From a virus (Duplodnaviria > Caudoviricetes), in the IMG/VR virus record IMGVR_UViG_3300025118_004856, positions 1,163 through 65,162 of that record: a DNA stretch of 64,000 bases, one strand, 5' to 3'. Numbering within the stretch: position 1 is the first letter of the stretch; each line of letters begins with the position of its first letter. Made by a program: the position numbers and the translations under genes. The notes under the pieces were generated by a model. It was not told the DNA's origin. It ran no database searches and was given only the letters and a program-made list of their open reading frames with translations. Shown one piece after another: positions 59,001 to 64,000 of the stretch.

Positions 59001-59282
59001 AACACTCAACATAGATTTTTCCAAATCTATAGTCCTTTTTATTGTTACTCCAAGCCCAGCAGCTAATCCTAAACCAGCAATTACAGTAAATCGTTTTACA
59101 GCTGTTCCAGCAAATTCAGCAGCTCTTTTTATCTTTAATCCAGCTTTATCAAATCCTGTAGAAAACCTTCTGGCTGCAGCAGAACCTTTTTTATCAAGTT
59201 TCTCAACTTCACCAGTAAACTGACGAATGCCTTTTATAGCACCAGAAGGATCAGTAGTTATGGAAAGTGAAATCACTGCCAT
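56094..59282 (-). CDS. tail tape measure protein (TP901-family core)
   Basis: VRKTTG, AGQLGI, AELAGTA core; C-terminal FADGGII...AEQGPEAIVPL. Confidence 0.92.
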   Translation of the reverse strand: MAVISLSITTDPSGAIKGIRQFTGEVEKLDKKGSAAARRFSTGFDKAGLKIKRAAEFAGTAVKRFTVIAGLGLAAGLGVTIKRTIDLEKSMLSVRKTTGLSAKTIDTLRKDFINLSTAIPISARELAEIGAVAGQLGIQNAPDILKFTETIAKVATVTNFTAEEAATSLARIANVFKIPIAEIENLAGVMNELENTTTAKVPQIADFMRRLGPASLQIGLSASEVAGLSATLIDLGFRAELAGTAVSNTFANMIKKADVFGKQMGLTAAEFRLAIQKDGIGTIQKWAEAISKLPADQVIAQFEAVGISGSRARLVFNALSNSTELMGKNLKTASDEVKRGTSLQKEFDIFISGTASKLRLLGNRLGQAAFAIGDVLLPVVNDLIKTAGGDLQKILDGVADKFTKNKDAVRELLDKGYIQFKETSKGILNVMRDLKQPFLDVVSIIGDLAKIFLENVTFFGVGGLLGSIFFGKIGAVGFLAAITATDKTVKFLAESLNGAIDTTDRLNDQIKLLEQQIRTGTKLEDGLFGFSKVVPASTEDLIAMEKQLANLKKTVKEIDEPIKKPFVTVQTETKKVLTTLEEAQLLILKLGQKQVPNFIVSQLEITKVLKKEISIRRKLQLQAFALEEGKIKEILKTQTLANKTRIIGIKDLTRVVKAQEKIQIEIVRDAANEKLLEIEAGSRAEALIKENAAEAIVNIERATTEKLRELKKEVTQESAAQLLIQVNDENLTAKARQEIHNKLNNILAEGEVTRLDAFRIGIASQLLSFKSVNQQIADFGIATYGVLKDSFKSIVTDALKGNFKDIGNSFKTLMQRMLDLFIDALAQMAAQAAASAVFRLLFPGALGGGPTGVSGGQVGGGGIGNLTQIAGLFGGSSAGAPVAGFIGPTTAGGSITSAGFAGTGASGGVLLGAGGAGLIGGQIGSALGEEVVGGQAGSTIGGIAGGAAAGTLVAPGIGTVIGGIVGGLSSIFADGGIIKEPTILLGTKTGGVGLMAEQGPEAIVPLGGGGGKVINVFVENLFAKDLNSIIDEVNSDNQNRNIGDFRLMVEEQNTENFNLVNS

Positions 59283-59284
59283 CG

Positions 59285-60061
59285 TTATATTACCTTTAAT
59301 TTACTATTAACTAATTTAATTAAAAATAATTTCCATTTTTCTCTATTATAATTTGTCTTTGGATGACATTTATTGCAAAGGGAAATTAAATTTTTAGGAT
59401 CATTATTTTGCTTATCATAATCAATATGATGAACATGCAAATATTCATTCTTAATTTTTATTGAACAAATTCTACAAATATAATTGTCTCTTTTCTTAAT
59501 TAAATGTTTTAATTGTGTATTAAAATCTTCACCATATTCACCAAAAGATAGACCACCTCTCCAAAAATGAGATTTTGATCCTGTTCTACCTTTCATAGGA
59601 CTAACTCTACCTTTATTTTTTTCACTTATCTTTAATCGAGTTTCTTTAGAATGCTTTTCCCCAAACATTCCGTGATCTTTACCTTTTGCTACATTTAAAA
59701 ATGTAATCTTCCCTTCTACTATCAATCTCTTACGAGTTTCACTCATTTTTCGCTTTGTTTCTTTTGAAGCTTTCGTCCCAGTTTTAACTCTACTTAATTT
59801 CTTTTTAGTTTCTTCTGGCATAGGAACACCTTTGTTCCAAGCAGACACTCCTTTTTTAAAAAGGTAAGGAGCATTTTTTCTTTCTGGAGGCAAAGGTCTT
59901 CCTTTTTGAGCTTTCCTGATCTTTTCTTTAGTCTCTTCAGAACAAGGAATACCTTTATTTCCTGGTACATTCCCCATTAACTTTTTACTAATTCTCTTTT
60001 TCATTTCTTCAGCCATTGGAATACCTTTATTCCAGGGAATATTTCCTTTTTTTACTGGCAT
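59285..60061 (-). CDS. NUMOD3-HNH homing endonuclease
   Basis: PWNKG repeats, VHHIDYDK, NLISLCNKCH. Confidence 0.88.
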   Translation of the reverse strand: MPVKKGNIPWNKGIPMAEEMKKRISKKLMGNVPGNKGIPCSEETKEKIRKAQKGRPLPPERKNAPYLFKKGVSAWNKGVPMPEETKKKLSRVKTGTKASKETKRKMSETRKRLIVEGKITFLNVAKGKDHGMFGEKHSKETRLKISEKNKGRVSPMKGRTGSKSHFWRGGLSFGEYGEDFNTQLKHLIKKRDNYICRICSIKIKNEYLHVHHIDYDKQNNDPKNLISLCNKCHPKTNYNREKWKLFLIKLVNSKLKVI

Positions 60062-60062
60062 G

Positions 60063-60374
60063 CTATTTCTTTCTTTCTTCAGGAGTATGTTGCTTTACTG
60101 TGTCTGATATGGTAAATAGTTTATTTAAAACCTTACTAATTCCTTCTTCTTGAATACGTTCTTTAAACTGTTCCCAAATAACAGTTTGGAGTTTGAATTT
60201 ATTTACCACTTCTGAATTTAATACTTGATACAATTCAAAAGAGGAATAATTTTCAATCATTAACTTTGGGATAACACCATATCTCTTTTCACACACCTTA
60301 CAATTGGGTTCAAAGGCTTCATCCTCCTCCATATCCTGGTAACACTTCTCACAGGATACTTTAGGATATATCAT
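60063..60374 (-). CDS. tail assembly chaperone, frameshift (GT-like) extension
   Basis: In -1 frame to upstream chaperone, before tape measure; CxxC pairs. Confidence 0.75.
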   Translation of the reverse strand: MIYPKVSCEKCYQDMEEDEAFEPNCKVCEKRYGVIPKLMIENYSSFELYQVLNSEVVNKFKLQTVIWEQFKERIQEEGISKVLNKLFTISDTVKQHTPEERKK

Positions 60375-60793
60375 TTTGAAGCTGATGAAGCTTTCGAGTT
60401 TTTTAGTTCTTCTTCATTTTGTTTCTCGTCTACAAAGTTATTAATATCTTGTGCAAAATCCATTATAAAATTTGCATGAGCACCAGATTTATCTGCTAAT
60501 AATTTTTTATGTACCTTAGTACATTCAAGAGGAGTTTGTTTTCCTGTATTATCTGTAGTAACAACACCTTTCCAATCTTCTACCATCATATCCCAAAGAT
60601 CAGCATCCCATTTCTCATTATCTGTTTTAGACATTTCTATTTCCTGCCTAACTCCACCTCTCATTTTTGTCTTAACATATTTATTTCTTGATTTTCTAAT
60701 TGATTCTGGACTTGCAAAACGAATTTTGAAACTTACATCTTCATCATATTCAGCCCAAATACCTTCTCCTCCTACAGATAAATCTAACAACAT
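60371..60793 (-). CDS. tail assembly chaperone (G-like)
   Basis: DWKGV...LECT motif; directly after tail tube gene. Confidence 0.8.
   Translation of the reverse strand: MLLDLSVGGEGIWAEYDEDVSFKIRFASPESIRKSRNKYVKTKMRGGVRQEIEMSKTDNEKWDADLWDMMVEDWKGVVTTDNTGKQTPLECTKVHKKLLADKSGAHANFIMDFAQDINNFVDEKQNEEELKNSKASSASK
60398..60404 (-). promoter_or_regulatory. -1 ribosomal frameshift slippery site A-AAA-AAC
   Basis: CTA AAA AAC; -1 frame reads KLESFISFKMIYPK without a stop into next ORF. Confidence 0.8.
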
Positions 60794-60821
60794 AAAGTTT
60801 ATCTCCTTTTAAAACATTAAT

Positions 60822-60848
60822 AAAAAGCTCCCCATATTTCAGGGGAGC
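60822..60848 (-). terminator. intrinsic terminator after tail tube gene
   Basis: GCTCCCC-loop-GGGGAGC-TTTTT. Confidence 0.8.
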
Positions 60849-60857
60849 CATAAAGAC

Positions 60858-62006
60858 TTATGCTAAAGCATTTGATTGTAAAACTGAGAATAATTCTATT
60901 CTCAAACTTTCTGTAAAACTACCTCTTGATTCTTCATTTGCTCCTGCACCATTTGACAGATTACCATTACCATCCATCCCATCTCTTGCTGCTTCTGCTT
61001 TCTTAGCTGTAAAACTAAAAGGTGCTGGTACTTTACTAAACCCACTAACAGGTCTTTGTGCGTCAGATATCTGAACAGCTGGCATGAACATTTCAAAAGC
61101 GTAGTAATAAGGTTGATTCCCACCTACTTGAATTTGATCAGTTGCTCTTGCTCTTGCGTCCATCTTTAAAACCTGTCCTGATATAAACCAATTCTCAATA
61201 CTTAAAGTTTCAGCTGCATCAAATTTTGGTATTTCAAATGATCCTGTTATTTCTCTTGCGGCATCTCTTAAAGGTTCATCAACATAAGGAGCATTCAATG
61301 AAGTCAAATCTCCAACCAAGCTGTTGTTTAATGTAAGTGAAAAACTTGTTGGATAAAACTGCTCATCACCTGTTAATGCACCATCTGTATCTACTCCTAT
61401 CCTGAATTGAAAATCTTCAAACCTGATAAACTTCTTTGGTGTTGCTACTGTTGCTGCTGCCAATGAAGTTGTAGTCGTACCTGAATTTCTTAAACGTCTT
61501 GCTATAACATCAAAACTAACTTTAACAAATTCCCCAGCTGCTCCTGTAATTGTCATACCATTGATTTTTACAGAATCATATTCATGAATAGCAGTAGATC
61601 CACTATCACCAAACTTATCAATAGCAAGTGAAACAAAATATCCTTCAAGATCATCTCCTAATCTATATGAAGCATAATAAGCATAAGGCTTATCTCCAAG
61701 CATACCCAATGGTGTTACTGGAGTATCAGCTCTGCCCATTGCCATTGCCATCATTGTGGCAAGAACTGGACTTGAATATTGGAAGTTCGTTTCAATAGTA
61801 CCTGTTACAGTTTGAGAACTTGTAAGACCTGTCCCCTGATCTGCCGTACCTGTTAATGATTCATCTGTTAAAAGGTTGGATGAAAAGACCAAAGCTTCAC
61901 TTAATATTTCAATGCCTTGATTTGCTACATTGGTATCAATTGCAGTTCCCCAAGTAGCACCCTTTCTTATTCCAATCTTCGTCAAATATCCTTTTGCGAT
62001 TGGCAT
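60858..62006 (-). CDS. major tail tube protein
   Basis: TWGT, FSLTLNNSL, REITGSFE patterns; precedes chaperones and tape measure. Confidence 0.8.
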   Translation of the reverse strand: MPIAKGYLTKIGIRKGATWGTAIDTNVANQGIEILSEALVFSSNLLTDESLTGTADQGTGLTSSQTVTGTIETNFQYSSPVLATMMAMAMGRADTPVTPLGMLGDKPYAYYASYRLGDDLEGYFVSLAIDKFGDSGSTAIHEYDSVKINGMTITGAAGEFVKVSFDVIARRLRNSGTTTTSLAAATVATPKKFIRFEDFQFRIGVDTDGALTGDEQFYPTSFSLTLNNSLVGDLTSLNAPYVDEPLRDAAREITGSFEIPKFDAAETLSIENWFISGQVLKMDARARATDQIQVGGNQPYYYAFEMFMPAVQISDAQRPVSGFSKVPAPFSFTAKKAEAARDGMDGNGNLSNGAGANEESRGSFTESLRIELFSVLQSNALA

Positions 62007-62278
62007 TAGTATTTCCTCCTAAATCTCTTCTTACTTTTAGGCTTTAATGAGTCTTTACTTGACTCTTCATCAGATATATCTAAATCTGCTTTATGTTTCT
62101 TTTCTGGGTTATCCTGTCCTGTATAAGGAACAACCAATCCTTCACGAATAAGTCTTTCTGCCATTTTATCCTCATACCTATTTTTTCCTGGTCGTATACC
62201 ACCAGCCTGAGCATGGTTTGTAGCTCTATCATTCGGAAACCAGACTTCGATCATCGTTGCCATCTTAGTTCCTCCCAA
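62006..62278 (-). CDS. hypothetical protein
   Basis: GGAGG RBS suggests start at MATM; coupled to tail tube. Confidence 0.6.
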   Translation of the reverse strand: MGGTKMATMIEVWFPNDRATNHAQAGGIRPGKNRYEDKMAERLIREGLVVPYTGQDNPEKKHKADLDISDEESSKDSLKPKSKKRFRRKY

Positions 62279-62353
62279 ACATTGTTAATATAAAAATCTT
62301 CATCTTTAATTTAATCTTTGTTAAAAAAATCAATAAAGAAATGTAATTTCTTT

Positions 62354-62875
62354 TTAGGCACATAATTTTTTAGTTATGATAATACCTTTAGTAAAAAATA
62401 ATTCCCAAGAATCTCTATTAAAATTAGTTTTTATGTGACATTTAACACATAAAGTAATTAAATTTTTAGGATCATTATTTTGCTTATTATAATCAATGTG
62501 GTGGACACAATGTTTAAGTTTTTCTTCTTTTTCACCACACAATTGACAAGTATAATTATCTCTTTCTTTAATAGATTTTTTTAATTCTTTTGTAAAATTA
62601 AAAGAATAAGGTAGTTTTGAAATACCTCCTTGCCAATTATAATTATTTTTTCCTCTAATCTTGTCTTTAGATTTTTCATACATCGCAATACCTTTATTCC
62701 AACTCTTATGTCCTTTTAAAGCAATGCTAAGTTTTTTTCTTGTTTCAATAGAAACAATCTTTCCTCTATTGCCATCACCTATTTTCTTTTTATGTTCTTC
62801 AGAATGCCTTTTACCTATTTTCCCAAGACTCATTTTCTTTCGTGTTTCTTCTGTGATTTTTTGACCTTTACGCAT
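62354..62875 (-). CDS. NUMOD3-HNH homing endonuclease
   Basis: GKRHSEEH, RDNYTCQLCG, VHHIDYNK, NLITLCVKCH. Confidence 0.88.
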   Translation of the reverse strand: MRKGQKITEETRKKMSLGKIGKRHSEEHKKKIGDGNRGKIVSIETRKKLSIALKGHKSWNKGIAMYEKSKDKIRGKNNYNWQGGISKLPYSFNFTKELKKSIKERDNYTCQLCGEKEEKLKHCVHHIDYNKQNNDPKNLITLCVKCHIKTNFNRDSWELFFTKGIIITKKLCA

Positions 62876-63809
62876 CTTTAAATAATATCCTTATAAGTTT
62901 CTGAGCCATTAATTTTATAGAATACTGTTTCTCTATAAATTTTCTAACTTCTTTACTATGATTTTTTATTTCATCATAAAACTCGTAAACATAATGTAAT
63001 TTTTCAATCAAATCATATTCTTTTACATTAGGTGCTTCTGTTTTTACACCATAGTCAGCTTTTACAAGTCCATAATCTAAAGGGATAGCAGTCTCCTCAT
63101 TTATAAATCCCTCCATCCCTCCTATTGAAGGAGCCATACAAATAAGTCCAGATGCCATAGCTTCTAATGCTGGCAATCCAGTTGCTTCCCCTCTGCTGGG
63201 AAAAACAAATACATGGTTGTCTTTATATAAATCCAACATATCTGCTAAAGCTAATCTTCTGGAATCAAAAACTACATTATCAGTAAGATTGTAAACTTCT
63301 TGCTTCCCTTTCCCATTTGTCTTTAAATAAAGTCGGACATCTTTTCTATTACCAAAAGCCTTTTGAAAAGCACTTGCTACAATGTCCCACCCTTTACGAA
63401 TAGATGTTTGACCTATCCACAAAAAATTTAAAGTTTCTTTTCTTTCTTTTTTCTCATATTTAAAAATATCTAAATCTATTCCTTGGACACAAACATGTAT
63501 CGGTTTCTTTACACCGTTCTTTTTAAAAACCTTTTTATTATGCTCACACACAGCAATGACCTCATCTGCTTCATCTATCTTCTTTATCAGTGACGGATGT
63601 ATATCATTAGCTTCGTGAGTGGGCATAATAAAACTCTTTTCAGTTTGCCTATTGTATAAATGAGCTGATAAGTGCTGTAGTTCAATACTTGCTTTGTGTA
63701 CAATATCAACTCCTTGTCCTTCTAATGCTTTCCTTATGGTTCTTTGACCTGAACTAAATCCCATGCACTCATTTGCAAAATGATTAAACTCAAGAAATTT
63801 TAATCGCAT
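62868..63809 (-). CDS. glycosyltransferase, GT-B fold (GT4-like)
   Basis: RKGWD, FVFPSRGEATGLPALEAMASG (E-x7-E). Confidence 0.9.
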   Translation of the reverse strand: MRLKFLEFNHFANECMGFSSGQRTIRKALEGQGVDIVHKASIELQHLSAHLYNRQTEKSFIMPTHEANDIHPSLIKKIDEADEVIAVCEHNKKVFKKNGVKKPIHVCVQGIDLDIFKYEKKERKETLNFLWIGQTSIRKGWDIVASAFQKAFGNRKDVRLYLKTNGKGKQEVYNLTDNVVFDSRRLALADMLDLYKDNHVFVFPSRGEATGLPALEAMASGLICMAPSIGGMEGFINEETAIPLDYGLVKADYGVKTEAPNVKEYDLIEKLHYVYEFYDEIKNHSKEVRKFIEKQYSIKLMAQKLIRILFKDA

Positions 63810-63811
63810 AA

Positions 63812-63900
63812 AATAAAAAACCCGAATCCAATACAGTTAATGAAATGGATGAAACTATGGGAAACATCCACTCCCTGTACCAAATTCGGGTTTATCCCTT
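63812..63900 (-). terminator. branched hairpin plus U-tract directly before GT4 gene
   Basis: AAACCCGAAT...ATTCGGGTTTTTT; related to 49217-49277. Confidence 0.6.
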
Positions 63901-63910
63901 TTACTAATTT

Positions 63911-64000
63911 TTATACTGCTATTTCTAAAGTGCTTTCAATAAACTTCAATTCACCATGTCTTACAATAAATCTGTAATCAATTGGATTATCGTATTTCTT
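63911..64000 (-). CDS. 3' end of a hypothetical gene entering from beyond the window
   Basis: Open frame ...KKYDNPIDYRFIVRHGELKFIESTLEIAV*. Confidence 0.4.
   Translation of the reverse strand, partial: KKYDNPIDYRFIVRHGELKFIESTLEIAV

Noticed and set aside
597-62864. Plus-strand ORFs in the track (e.g. 597-944, 10495-10899, 22612-23106, 55681-56097, 58030-58395)
   Set aside because: Antisense shadows of well-supported minus-strand genes, with Ser/Leu/Phe-rich composition and no motifs.
1-64000. Stop-codon reassignment
   Set aside because: Core genes are full length in code 11, broken genes fail by junctions and not in-frame stops, and no suppressor tRNA is seen.

Overview
AT-rich segment of a large tailed dsDNA phage genome, probably long non-contractile tailed and probably with a Gram-negative host. 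Nearly all genes are on the minus strand and standard code 11 fits. Left to right: tRNA cluster and Fic gene; SbcCD-like nuclease and resolvase; a ~19 kb nucleotide-sugar cluster (HddA/HddC heptose activation, GDP-sugar 4,6-dehydratase, RmlC-like epimerase, two GDP-fucose-synthase-like reductases, TPP-dependent E1 alpha/beta, SDR, methyltransferases, B12 radical SAM); a full replication module (RecA, SSB, clamp loader, UDG-PolA fusion, clamp, primase, helicase); sigma factor, SNF2 helicase and a MoxR/vWA triad; a 1.5 kb control region; lysis genes; and a tail module with glycosyltransferases, a sulfotransferase-like gene and NUMOD3-HNH genes. Four observations stand out. (1) Three sites carry foreign restriction-modification DNA spliced into phage genes in sense orientation with no transposase or terminal repeats: one intact methyltransferase-specificity gene and two mosaics of MTase/REase fragments, one replacing most of a queE (7-deazaguanine) locus. 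(2) A tandem triplet of unrecognised three-way-junction RNAs. (3) A ~430 nt structured non-coding leader ahead of the early genes. (4) A candidate pathway for a branched, methylated heptose-derived glycan. All calls come from motif reading by eye, with no database searches, and assembly chimerism at the junctions cannot be excluded without reads.
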